Shown here one piece after another: positions 10,086 to 19,107 of a DNA stretch of 64,000 nucleotides. Source of the stretch: Candidatus Vogelbacteria bacterium (lineage in GTDB: Bacteria; Patescibacteriota; Minisyncoccia; Phycocordibacterales; XYD1-FULL-46-19); contig JACPIA010000009.1 in NCBI GenBank assembly GCA_016188295.1, positions 1,509 to 65,508 on the forward strand. Direction: 5' to 3'. The position numbers were made by a program, and so were the translations under genes. The notes under the pieces are model-generated. The model saw only the letters and a program-made list of their open reading frames with translations. It was not told the origin of the DNA and searched no databases. Position 1 is the stretch's first letter; each line of letters opens with the position of its first letter.

Positions 10086-10921
10086 ACTTTAATTATACGA
10101 TAACCAAAAATAAGCACTATTAAACCGCTCAAGCCAAATAAAATATAACGCCACCACCACGGACAAACTAAAAACCAAATTCGTTTAACATCAATCAGAT
10201 CACCGTAACCACGATTAAGTTCTAGACTCGCTTGATATAACCCGGTCGGCAAAATTAAATCATTAATATCCCGAATCCGAGTACTATTCGGCAACACATA
10301 CCAGGGGTCAATCACCGCGTGTCCCAATTCCTGTCCGCGCCAATTAGTAATTTTAATTAAACCATAGGGATTCAAATAAGCATTGCCATCATTAGTAAAG
10401 GCGATATAGAAACCAATATTTTGAGTGGGAATATTAATTAAACCGTTTAACAAACCAAATCTAGTCACTCGCCCAGACTCTTTAACTTGACCCGGGATCT
10501 TAATAAATAGCAAGGAATTTAATTGGGTAGTGATCGTCGCTTTATTACCGACTGCTTCTGTGCCTTTAATCACTATGGCGATTTGACCATGACGCGTGCC
10601 TGGATAAGCACCGGTCGGCACACTGACTTTAATTGGTACAGCAATCGTTTGATCAGGATTGAGAGTCAAAGTGGTAGTAGGCACGGTTACATTCTCGATC
10701 AAAGAATTTTGCTCAACCACCAGATCTTCTACAGCTAATCTAAAATCCACTGACTGAGTTAAACTATTAATCACTGTCAGATTAATCCATTTAGTTTCAC
10801 CCGGATTAATTATCACTTCTTGTTTAGCGGGAGTAATTGAAATGACGGCTGGTGGTGCCGCCTCGACCAGATCAAATAAACCAAAACTGATTCCGATCAA
10901 TCCTAAAAATAACCATTTCAT
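10082..10921 (-). CDS. Surface protein with N-terminal signal peptide and C-terminal TM anchor
   Basis: MKWLFLGLIGISFGLFDLVEA at the N-terminus and a C-terminal hydrophobic WFLVCPWWWRYILFGLSGLIVLIFGY. Start and stop overlap the neighbouring genes by 4 nt. Confidence 0.5.
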   Translation of the reverse strand: MKWLFLGLIGISFGLFDLVEAAPPAVISITPAKQEVIINPGETKWINLTVINSLTQSVDFRLAVEDLVVEQNSLIENVTVPTTTLTLNPDQTIAVPIKVSVPTGAYPGTRHGQIAIVIKGTEAVGNKATITTQLNSLLFIKIPGQVKESGRVTRFGLLNGLINIPTQNIGFYIAFTNDGNAYLNPYGLIKITNWRGQELGHAVIDPWYVLPNSTRIRDINDLILPTGLYQASLELNRGYGDLIDVKRIWFLVCPWWWRYILFGLSGLIVLIFGYRIIKV

Positions 10922-12012
10922 TGTTTTACCGGGGTTAAGACAAAGATATAATCCTCACCAGTATGATCACGGAAAATCGGCGTAACCACTCCGGCCTTAC
11001 CTGATGGATCAACATTTACATTAACTTTGTCGGAAAACATTTCCGCCACTTTATCCTTTAGACTTTGAGGAGTGGAACTGGTGGCCGGTACCACCACTAC
11101 TCCTTGAGCCGGTAAAGTACTAGGCTTGACACTACTGCCACCAACTGGTAAACGACGCAAAATCTCGCTGATACCGGATTTAATGTCTTTAATATCAGCT
11201 TGAATTTGCGACAAACCCGGATCAACCACTGCTGGTGTCGACACTGATTTTCCGTTAAAAAAGCGTGTCCAATTAGTCATCATATTGGTCCAAAGATTAC
11301 CTAAACTAATTATGGTTTTAGCGGCGAGTGAAAAGACTTGGTCAATAACCTCGGTAATCCACTCCAAAATAGCGACACCACTAAAATTAAGACGGGCGGT
11401 AGCCGCGGTTAGTAATTGCTCTTTACTCGACATCACTGAGAATGGGAGGGAGGTCGTTTGAACGATAAACCACATTGATCCCTGATCAGCCCAAGTTAAA
11501 AGCTCGTCAGTTCTAAGTGCTAATTTGTCAACCAAAATACCGGCTGTCAAATCAAACGTTAGGGCAGTAGAAAAATAGACTTGATCCGCTCCCCAACTTA
11601 AAGTTGTAGCGGTAGTATCTAGTAACGAGACCGATCGCTCTAAAGCAAAATTAGCGGAGGCCAATGCGGAAGTGGGAACCACTATTGATTGAGTCAAGAA
11701 ACCATGAGGGACAATTGTGATTAAAGTAAAGTAGACCAGCACGCCAATTAAGCCGGTCAAAGCCCCACTCATTTTTGTTAAAGTGACTAAACTTGATTGG
11801 AACAAAACCGGATGTAAATGATTAGTAAGCAGTGGCAATTTAGACAAAGCCGATTCGAGAATAAACCACTGATCCTCGATACGCTCGGCCTCTAATTTTT
11901 TTTGGTAACACTGTCTATCTAACTCCGTCTTAGACAATCCTAAACGCTCGCTGGCATTAGCTAGTTTGATATACTTTCTCCCATTATAAAAAAACTCATC
12001 AGCGATGTTCAT
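10918..12012 (-). CDS. Membrane protein, first gene of the surface-protein operon
   Basis: Cytoplasmic N-terminus (ERLGLSKTELDRQ), one TM (LTGLIGVLVYFTLITIV), long extracytoplasmic part. Confidence 0.45.
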   Translation of the reverse strand: MNIADEFFYNGRKYIKLANASERLGLSKTELDRQCYQKKLEAERIEDQWFILESALSKLPLLTNHLHPVLFQSSLVTLTKMSGALTGLIGVLVYFTLITIVPHGFLTQSIVVPTSALASANFALERSVSLLDTTATTLSWGADQVYFSTALTFDLTAGILVDKLALRTDELLTWADQGSMWFIVQTTSLPFSVMSSKEQLLTAATARLNFSGVAILEWITEVIDQVFSLAAKTIISLGNLWTNMMTNWTRFFNGKSVSTPAVVDPGLSQIQADIKDIKSGISEILRRLPVGGSSVKPSTLPAQGVVVVPATSSTPQSLKDKVAEMFSDKVNVNVDPSGKAGVVTPIFRDHTGEDYIFVLTPVKQ

Positions 12013-12066
12013 TCACCTAATAATAACACTTGTGATTTAAGCTTATTTTGCTACTTAAATTGCTTG

Positions 12067-12095
12067 TGGATAAGTAGTAAACTAATCGCTATAAT
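12067..12095 (+). promoter_or_regulatory. Candidate sigma70-like promoter for priA (TGGATA-17-TATAAT) ending 6 nt before the ATG (leaderless or near-leaderless)
   Basis: Hexamers read directly with 17-nt spacing. No Shine-Dalgarno between -10 and ATG. Confidence 0.3.
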
Positions 12096-12101
12096 GACGA
12101 G

Positions 12102-13970
12102 ATGAAAGTACTCACTGTCGCTCCAATCACTAATCGTTTACCATTGTCCGAACTGACTTATTTTACTAAGGAGCAAGTCACCCCTGGTGCGTTAGTAGAA
12201 GTTACTATTAACAAACGGGTCTTTCCGGCTTTAGTATTGGCGGTTAATGAGGCGGGAACAATTAAACAATCATTGCGTACCAGCACATATGCTCTTAAAA
12301 AAATCAAACGGGTAATTAGTCTTGATTTATTTTTACCACCATTTATGAGTGGTGTAAAAGCAATCAGTGATTGGTATCAGATCTCGCCCGGAGTCGTACT
12401 TAAGACGCTCATTCCGGCAGCCATTTTAGACAATCCAATACTTAATATAAAAATTAAAAAAATAATTAATCAAGATGTTAACTTAAAAAATGAAATTAAA
12501 GCCTTGCAACAACCATGGTCGGAACGCCTCGCCTCCTATAAAGGTTTGATCCGCGAAATGCTGGCTAAAAATCAGTCGGTAATGATTATTTTCCCCGGTA
12601 CCGCTGATATCGCTCAAGCGGCTCCCATTTTGGGTCGTGGCTTGGAGGATTATATTAAAATATTTTCCGGCCGAGAAACTAAAATAAAAATCAAAAAAAC
12701 GTGGAAAGAAAGTTTGGCCCAAGCTAAGCCCGTAATAATAATTGGAACTCCACTCATTCTCTCCCTACCAAGACCAGATATCGGTCTAGTTATTTTGGAT
12801 CAAGAAAACAACACCGCTTATAAACAATTTATAGCCCCTTATTTTGATCTCCGACACTTAGTCAAAGAAATCACCACCCATTTAAATTGGCCTCTCCTTT
12901 TAGGTGATACAGTTTTATCTTTAGATACTTTATACAAGCTCGAACAGAAAGAGTATACCCCAGCTGGCTCTTTGCGCTACCGTCTGATCTCCGAGGCAAA
13001 AACTACTTTAATTGACGGCCGTAGTCAAACAGATATCCATGGTAAAAAAATCTTCTCCGTTATTACTGATGAAGTCAAAGAAAAGATCAATCGAATAGGT
13101 CAAAATAACGGCAGTGTTTTTATTTTTAGCGCTCGCAAGGGTTTAGCTCCTACCACTATTTGTAATGATTGCGGTACCACCGTCGTTTGTCCTACTTGCC
13201 AAACACCATTGGTGGTCCATCGCCATCCGCCGGCTGGCGGACACCCCAAAAATGTCTTTTATTGCCATCACTGCGGTACCCGAAAAGAGATTGATGATAA
13301 ATGTGTAATTTGCGGCAGTTGGCGCTTGGCCAGCTTGGGGATTGGCACCGAACGGGTAGCCGAAACTTTAGCCAGCCTCTTACCCAACCGAATAATTACG
13401 ATTGTTGACGCTGATCATACCCCTACCCCGATCAAAATTAAATCAGCTTTAGAGACTCTCAATCAACCAGGCGGAATAGTAGTCGGTACCGAACTAGCTC
13501 TCAATTATCTACCAACTACGATTTCTTTGGTCATTGTTGCGGGTATTGATTCGTTATTTATGGTCCCAGATTATCAAATGAATGAGCGGATTTTTAATAT
13601 TTTAATCGATTTAAAAAGCCGGGCCACGCGCCAATTTTTAATCCAAACCAGACATCCGGAAACCGCTCTCTTTCATCAAGCGCTTGAGGGCAATATTGCC
13701 GAGTTTTACCGTGAAGAATTAACTTTGCGCCAGAAACTTGATTATCCGCCCTTTAAATTATTAATCAAAGGTAGTCTGACTAATCCCAAGATAAAAGTTA
13801 ATCAAGACCGATTAGAAAATCTCCTAAAACCGTGGCAACCGCTATTTTATGAACATCATTTCTTATTAAAATTAAAAGCTGATGAGTGGCCAAGTGAGGA
13901 ACTCGCCCAAGTTTTTAGTCAGCTACAACCTAATTGGCAAATTGACATTAACCCAACTAGTCTGATGTAA
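12102..13970 (+). CDS. priA: Primosomal protein N' (PriA)-like with degenerate ATPase motifs
   Basis: N-terminal 3'-DNA-binding-like domain. Cys4-Cys4 zinc ribbon (CNDCGTTVVCPTCQ...YCHHCGTRKEIDDKCVICGS). Helicase core recognisable (IIIGTPLILSLPRPDIGLVILDQENN). Walker A (GxTGSGKT) absent and DEEH replaced by DQEN. Confidence 0.65.
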   Translation: MKVLTVAPITNRLPLSELTYFTKEQVTPGALVEVTINKRVFPALVLAVNEAGTIKQSLRTSTYALKKIKRVISLDLFLPPFMSGVKAISDWYQISPGVVLKTLIPAAILDNPILNIKIKKIINQDVNLKNEIKALQQPWSERLASYKGLIREMLAKNQSVMIIFPGTADIAQAAPILGRGLEDYIKIFSGRETKIKIKKTWKESLAQAKPVIIIGTPLILSLPRPDIGLVILDQENNTAYKQFIAPYFDLRHLVKEITTHLNWPLLLGDTVLSLDTLYKLEQKEYTPAGSLRYRLISEAKTTLIDGRSQTDIHGKKIFSVITDEVKEKINRIGQNNGSVFIFSARKGLAPTTICNDCGTTVVCPTCQTPLVVHRHPPAGGHPKNVFYCHHCGTRKEIDDKCVICGSWRLASLGIGTERVAETLASLLPNRIITIVDADHTPTPIKIKSALETLNQPGGIVVGTELALNYLPTTISLVIVAGIDSLFMVPDYQMNERIFNILIDLKSRATRQFLIQTRHPETALFHQALEGNIAEFYREELTLRQKLDYPPFKLLIKGSLTNPKIKVNQDRLENLLKPWQPLFYEHHFLLKLKADEWPSEELAQVFSQLQPNWQIDINPTSLM

Positions 13971-13981
13971 TATAGATAATT

Positions 13982-14500
13982 ATGATCATTACCCCCATTC
14001 TCCAAAACAAGCACCCAATCTTACGGCTTAAAACCAAACCCTTGGATGTGACCGAGATTAGCTCGACTAAAATCCAAAAAGTTATCAGTCAGATGATTAA
14101 AACTCTAGAATCTTGCCCCGATGGAGTCGCGATTGCCGCTCCGCAAATTGGCGCCTCTTTACCTATTTTCATAGTCTCGATGCAAATGATCGAGGCTAAT
14201 CCGAAGGTCAACCCCCGGCACTTAGTATTTATTAATCCCAAAATTACCAAACTTTCCAAAAAGAAAATAATTTTAGATGAGGGTTGTCTCTCGGTGCGTA
14301 ATATTTACGGCAAAACCAGACGAGCGGTAACCGCTACAGTTGAGGCTTGTGACCAGACCGGTAAAAAATTTACCTGGACCGGACGCGATTTAATGGCCCA
14401 GGTGTTTCAACATGAAGTTGACCATTTAAATGGTATTTTATTTACCGACCACGCCACTGATTTAGAAACTATTGTAGAGACATCAAAAACTAATGATTAA
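13982..14500 (+). CDS. def: Peptide deformylase
   Basis: GVAIAAPQIG, EGCLS, HEVDHLNG motifs. Confidence 0.9.
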   Translation: MIITPILQNKHPILRLKTKPLDVTEISSTKIQKVISQMIKTLESCPDGVAIAAPQIGASLPIFIVSMQMIEANPKVNPRHLVFINPKITKLSKKKIILDEGCLSVRNIYGKTRRAVTATVEACDQTGKKFTWTGRDLMAQVFQHEVDHLNGILFTDHATDLETIVETSKTND

Positions 14501-15323
14501 ACTGGCTTTTTTAGGTACTGATGATTACGCCGTCAAAGCGTTAGATACTTTGATTAGTCGAGGTCTAGTGTTTCAATTAGTTGTCAGCACTCCAAATAAG
14601 CCGGCTGGCCGAGGTTTAAAGTTGACCCCCCCGCCGATTGTAAAATATGCCCAGGAACATCATTTAACTGTCATCCAACCCGATAATTTAAAAACAGTTT
14701 CAATAGAATTGGCCGCCGGAGACTGGGATGTATTTATCGTTGCCTCATATGGCAAAATTATCCCCACCGCTATTTTAAGTTTGCCTACACATGGTACTCT
14801 TAATATCCATCCATCACTACTACCTAAGTATCGTGGCCCCTCGCCACTCGAGTCAGTCATTTTAGCTGGTGAAGTAGAAACGGGCATTACCATCCTCCAA
14901 GTGGATGCTGAATTAGACCATGGACCAATTATTGCTCAAGACAGAATGGTTTTAACGACTGAGACAGCCGGTGAACTTGGTTACATCTTATTTAAACGCG
15001 GAGCCGAAATAATAGCCGACATTTTACCAGATTATTTAGCGGATAAAATTATCCCGCAAAATCAAGATCATACTCAAGCCACTTTTACTAAGAAATTTGA
15101 AAAGAACGAGGCCGAAATTAATTTAGCTGATAATCCGATGACTAATTACCAAAAAATCCGAGCCTTTACTCCCCGCCCGGGCGCTTTTACCTTTGTCTCC
15201 AAGAATGGTAAGACTATCCGTCTTAAAATAATAAAAGCTCACCTCTTGCCAGGTGAGCTCGTTCTCGATCGCGTCATCCCGGAGGGAAAACGCGAAACGA
15301 GCTGGCAAGAATTCAATCAATAA
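14493..15323 (+). CDS. fmt: Methionyl-tRNA formyltransferase
   Basis: FLGTDDYAV...VVSTPNKPAGRGLKL..., formyltransferase N and C domains. Overlaps the def stop. def-fmt synteny. Confidence 0.9.
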   Translation: MIKLAFLGTDDYAVKALDTLISRGLVFQLVVSTPNKPAGRGLKLTPPPIVKYAQEHHLTVIQPDNLKTVSIELAAGDWDVFIVASYGKIIPTAILSLPTHGTLNIHPSLLPKYRGPSPLESVILAGEVETGITILQVDAELDHGPIIAQDRMVLTTETAGELGYILFKRGAEIIADILPDYLADKIIPQNQDHTQATFTKKFEKNEAEINLADNPMTNYQKIRAFTPRPGAFTFVSKNGKTIRLKIIKAHLLPGELVLDRVIPEGKRETSWQEFNQ

Positions 15324-15371
15324 CCTTATGTAAAATAGATCAACGACCGTTAAAGTATTTTACAGGGTGAT

Positions 15372-15731
15372 TCACCCTCGTAACATTTTCTTGACCTCAC
15401 GGCCGCCACGTTTTTTGAGATCAGTTTGTTTGGTGCGGCGTTTTTTAACCACTTCTAAAATTTCATCGCGAAGATCATCAATGGCGGCATACAAATCATC
15501 AGCCGTGGCCTCGGCATGGTAACTGGCTCCACTACCCTTAATCGTCACATCAGCTCTAAACATTTCTCCGTCTTGTTTATGATGCCGGGTAGTTTTGGCA
15601 ATTTCCATCATAGCAAACGCTTCATTTTTAACCACATCCACAAAACGCCCCACTGGAATGAGGCGTTTGTTAACATACCCCTCTATCGCGGAGGTTAGGA
15701 CGAGGCCGGTGGCCTTAAGAGAGAGCTTCAT
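15372..15731 (-). CDS. hpf: Ribosome hibernation promoting factor / RaiA (S30EA family)
   Basis: MKLSLKATGLVLTSAIEGYVNKRL...FRADVTIKG. Start moved to MKLS; the ORF is open to 15773. Confidence 0.75.
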   Translation of the reverse strand: MKLSLKATGLVLTSAIEGYVNKRLIPVGRFVDVVKNEAFAMMEIAKTTRHHKQDGEMFRADVTIKGSGASYHAEATADDLYAAIDDLRDEILEVVKKRRTKQTDLKKRGGREVKKMLRG

Positions 15732-15772
15732 GCCTCTATGATACCCCCCGCCAAGACTATGGTCAATCGACA

Positions 15773-17182
15773 TTAAATTTCCTCTACCAAGAGCATGTTG
15801 GTATCAATCGAGTGACCAAATGGCATCCCGGCGACGACCACCACCTTGTCCCCTTTGTTGGCCAATTTATTAGTTAGAACTAATGAGCGAATCAATGACA
15901 ATACTTCATTTAAAGTCTTGAATTTTTTAATATTCATTGGATAACAGCCATACGAGAGCATCATTCTCCCCACCGCTACCTGATTGGGGGTTAAAGCGAT
16001 CACCGACTCTTTAGGCCGATAACGTGAGATCATCCGCGCAGTGTGACCGGTATTAGTTAAGGCGACAATCACTTTAGCTCCCACCTCACTAGCCGCCTGC
16101 ACTACCGCCCGACTCACCACTCCCGCCACACTGTGATTGAACTCTTTAAACTGATTAGCCCGATGCAATAACTCTCGCTCTACTCGACAAGCAATAGCAT
16201 TCATCATTTTAACCGACTCCACCGGATAGTCACCTAAAGTTGTTTCCTCCGAGAGCATAATTGCATCAGTACCATCCAAAATCGCATTAGCCACATCGGA
16301 CACCTCGGCTCGTGTCGGTACTGGCGACTTAATCATTGATTCTAGCATTTGAGTAGCGGTGATCACTGGTTTACCTGCCCGATTACATTTTTTAATCAAT
16401 TCCTTTTGGACTAGTGGCACTTCTTCGGCCGGAATCTCGATCGCTAAGTCACCGCGGGCCACCATAATCCCATCAGCTAGATTGATAATCTCATCAATAT
16501 TCTCCAACGCCTCGGGTGTCTCGATCTTAGCAATAATTCCAGCAGTTGATTTATTTTTCTGTAAAATAGAGCGTAATTCGATAATGTCACTCGGTCGACG
16601 AACGAATGAGAGTGCAATATAATCAACTTTATGTTTAAGGCCAAACTCCAAATCTTTGCGGTCTTTGTCGGTAATTGAGCTGATCGAGAGATAAGCCCCC
16701 GGCAAATTAACTCCGCGCCGCGATTTGATCTCACCGCCCACAATTACCTTACAAATCACTGCTTTACCTTTAATATCAATGATCTCCAATTTCTTTTTAC
16801 CGTCATGTAGTAAAATCTGCCCGCCGATCTTAACTTCTTTAGGTAAGAGCGGATAGTTAATGCTGACGTGCTGATCATCCCCCACTACCTTTTCCGTGGT
16901 TAAAGTAAAGATAGCACCCGGTTTTAGTATTACTGACTCAACACCAAAGTCACCGATTCGGATCTTAGGCCCACCTAAGTCTTGGAGGATAGCAATCGGT
17001 TTATTTAATTTCTGACTAATCTTACGTGCTAAATGGACTTTAGGTTCATGCTCAGCAAAGTCTCCGTGGGAGAAGTTGATCCGAACCACATTCATCCCGG
17101 CTTTGACCAACTCAGTCATGGTCTTTTCATTGGCAGTCACCGGTCCGACCGTGGCCACTATTTTGGTCTTTTTACGATACAT
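15773..17182 (-). CDS. pyk: Pyruvate kinase
   Basis: KTKIVATVGPVTANEKTMTELVKAGMNVVRINFSHGD..., MVARGDLAIEIP. Confidence 0.9.
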   Translation of the reverse strand: MYRKKTKIVATVGPVTANEKTMTELVKAGMNVVRINFSHGDFAEHEPKVHLARKISQKLNKPIAILQDLGGPKIRIGDFGVESVILKPGAIFTLTTEKVVGDDQHVSINYPLLPKEVKIGGQILLHDGKKKLEIIDIKGKAVICKVIVGGEIKSRRGVNLPGAYLSISSITDKDRKDLEFGLKHKVDYIALSFVRRPSDIIELRSILQKNKSTAGIIAKIETPEALENIDEIINLADGIMVARGDLAIEIPAEEVPLVQKELIKKCNRAGKPVITATQMLESMIKSPVPTRAEVSDVANAILDGTDAIMLSEETTLGDYPVESVKMMNAIACRVERELLHRANQFKEFNHSVAGVVSRAVVQAASEVGAKVIVALTNTGHTARMISRYRPKESVIALTPNQVAVGRMMLSYGCYPMNIKKFKTLNEVLSLIRSLVLTNKLANKGDKVVVVAGMPFGHSIDTNMLLVEEI

Positions 17183-17209
17183 TTATTTAATTGTCTTAAA
17201 TTTGATAAG

Positions 17210-17998
17210 TTACTTGATTTCGTAGCGAAGAACGATATTAACCACCACTTCCTGACTGCCTGGCTCAATCGCTGGAGTCACTGGGGCCATTGAGGCTTTA
17301 ATCATATCGCCACCCATTTCAAGACCGTAATATGGCATCGGTTGATTGTTGTAAGCTTCCTCAATCGAGAGTAATTGACCAAGACGGAAGCCACCTGCTT
17401 TAGCAATCGAATTGGCTTGTTCGCGTGCTTTAATAATCGCTAAAGCGCGCGCCTCATTTCTCACTTTACTTGGATCATCAATCTTGAAAGAGAGCTGGGA
17501 GACATTATTGGCACCAGCCACTACGACACCAGCTAGGATTTCACTTACTTGCTTAAAGTCACGAACTTTAATCGAGACACTTTGGGTGATAGTGTAACCC
17601 ACAATATCAGCTGGCGGACAGGCGCCACCATCACGCGGACAACCATAATACTGGTAACGCGGCTCGACGGAATAATTCTCGGTCTTGATATCTTTATCAG
17701 CGACACTTTTGGATTTAAGAAAATCATTAATCTTCTGTGTTTTGACCGAGTTTTGCTCTTGGAGTGCAGCTAAGTCCTTGCCACCCTGATTGATCACACT
17801 GTAACTAAACTCCGCTACATCCGGTACCGATATTACTTTACCCTCACCAGTGGCCGAAAAACTGCGGAAGGAGCCCGGCTGAATTGACTGACTATAAGTC
17901 TCGGCATAGCGCACTACCGAGTAACCGATAGCAATCAAAACCAATAAAATGATCACTAGTACGCCTTTGCGAATATTGGGAGTCAAATCATTAAACAT
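17210..17998 (-). CDS. SIMPL-domain (YggE/DUF541-like) periplasmic protein
   Basis: N-terminal TM anchor, then VISVPDVAEFSYSVINQGGKDLAALQEQNSVKTQKINDFLKS, typical of the SIMPL family. Confidence 0.6.
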   Translation of the reverse strand: MFNDLTPNIRKGVLVIILLVLIAIGYSVVRYAETYSQSIQPGSFRSFSATGEGKVISVPDVAEFSYSVINQGGKDLAALQEQNSVKTQKINDFLKSKSVADKDIKTENYSVEPRYQYYGCPRDGGACPPADIVGYTITQSVSIKVRDFKQVSEILAGVVVAGANNVSQLSFKIDDPSKVRNEARALAIIKAREQANSIAKAGGFRLGQLLSIEEAYNNQPMPYYGLEMGGDMIKASMAPVTPAIEPGSQEVVVNIVLRYEIK

Positions 17999-18052
17999 AT
18001 ATTTATTTTAATTAAACTAATAAACTACTATAGCACTGCTTTTTACTAAAAT

Positions 18053-18595
18053 CTAGTGCAATAAAACATACACCCCTAAGACGACACCAGCCAACAATAC
18101 TTGTAAACTGGCTCCTAAAATCGGCCGGCCATCCAAGCGAATTGTAGTATGAACCCATTGATGAAAGCGTTGTAATGAGACTAATGGTTCCCGACGCCAC
18201 TTAAAGTAAACAAATTGGAGCGCATCAGGTAGGGCGCCACCAATCGCTCCCATTATTACCCAAGTCCACACCGTCCAATCATAAAAACTAGCCAAAATAA
18301 TCAAAGCGCCAAGCAAACCAAGAGCAAAGTCCGTACCAATTTTAGCTAAATCGTAAATAAAAGCTTGACCCACTATAATATCATCATTAAGAGCATCCAC
18401 TTCATCGCGCGCAGCCGATGCCAATTGATAGTCCCAATGTGGGATCATATCAAGAACAAAGTGACTGGTAAACGCCAAACCGAGACCGAGCACCGGATTA
18501 GTTGGTACCAGACCAGCTACTACCGCTCCGACTGCCGCATGTGTCCCTAAAGTCATTATCAGAAATAATAACATAAAAATACCCCAAGTCATCAC
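18053..18595 (-). CDS. YdjM/DUF457-like membrane-bound metal-dependent hydrolase
   Basis: Multi-TM protein. SHFVLDMIPH resembles the YdjM SHILADMLTP motif. Confidence 0.4.
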   Translation of the reverse strand: MMTWGIFMLLFLIMTLGTHAAVGAVVAGLVPTNPVLGLGLAFTSHFVLDMIPHWDYQLASAARDEVDALNDDIIVGQAFIYDLAKIGTDFALGLLGALIILASFYDWTVWTWVIMGAIGGALPDALQFVYFKWRREPLVSLQRFHQWVHTTIRLDGRPILGASLQVLLAGVVLGVYVLLH

Positions 18596-18633
18596 TGGAC
18601 TCGGGGTAGACTGATCAGGTCACTGACGAAACT

Positions 18634-18975
18634 TCAATTGAGTATGATTTTGTTGGGATCTAAAAAATGCTTTCGAAGAGTCCTCATATTCCATAGCCGT
18701 CGGTGAAACACATCAGAAGCACTAGAATTTTTTTCCCGACGACGTCTATTGAGAAAATCTATCGTGGCATTACAATGCCTGATTCGAGCGGCCACTTTTG
18801 GAGTCATTGTGGTTATTCCGTGCCTAATCAGAAAACCAAGATCTGACTCGATCCGATCATCAAGATCGTTGAGATAACCCGCCGCCTTCTCCAAATCAAA
18901 ATCGCCATTACCAAAATAGACTCCACGCTGTTTTAATTCCTCTCCGATCTTTTCGGTAAGATCTCTTCTTTGCAT
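18634..18975 (-). CDS. Hypothetical protein
   Basis: ORF with start taken at MQRRDLTEK. No recognisable domain. Confidence 0.35.
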   Translation of the reverse strand: MQRRDLTEKIGEELKQRGVYFGNGDFDLEKAAGYLNDLDDRIESDLGFLIRHGITTMTPKVAARIRHCNATIDFLNRRRREKNSSASDVFHRRLWNMRTLRKHFLDPNKIILN

Positions 18976-19091
18976 AGTAGTGATCTCCTCCGCTATTGTT
19001 AGTGAAAGACCAATATTGTTTACGACGATACAATATCGTATCATTAATGTACCGTCAAGGGTCGTAGTGGATATCCACTTGATAGTATTGG

Positions 19092-19100
19092 TGGTATAAT
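19092..19100 (+). promoter_or_regulatory. Extended -10 element TGgTATAAT 7 nt upstream of the repeat-protein ATG. Predicts a leaderless transcript.
   Basis: Sequence gtgGTATAATaattattATG read directly. No Shine-Dalgarno. Confidence 0.3.
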
Positions 19101-19107
19101 AATTATT

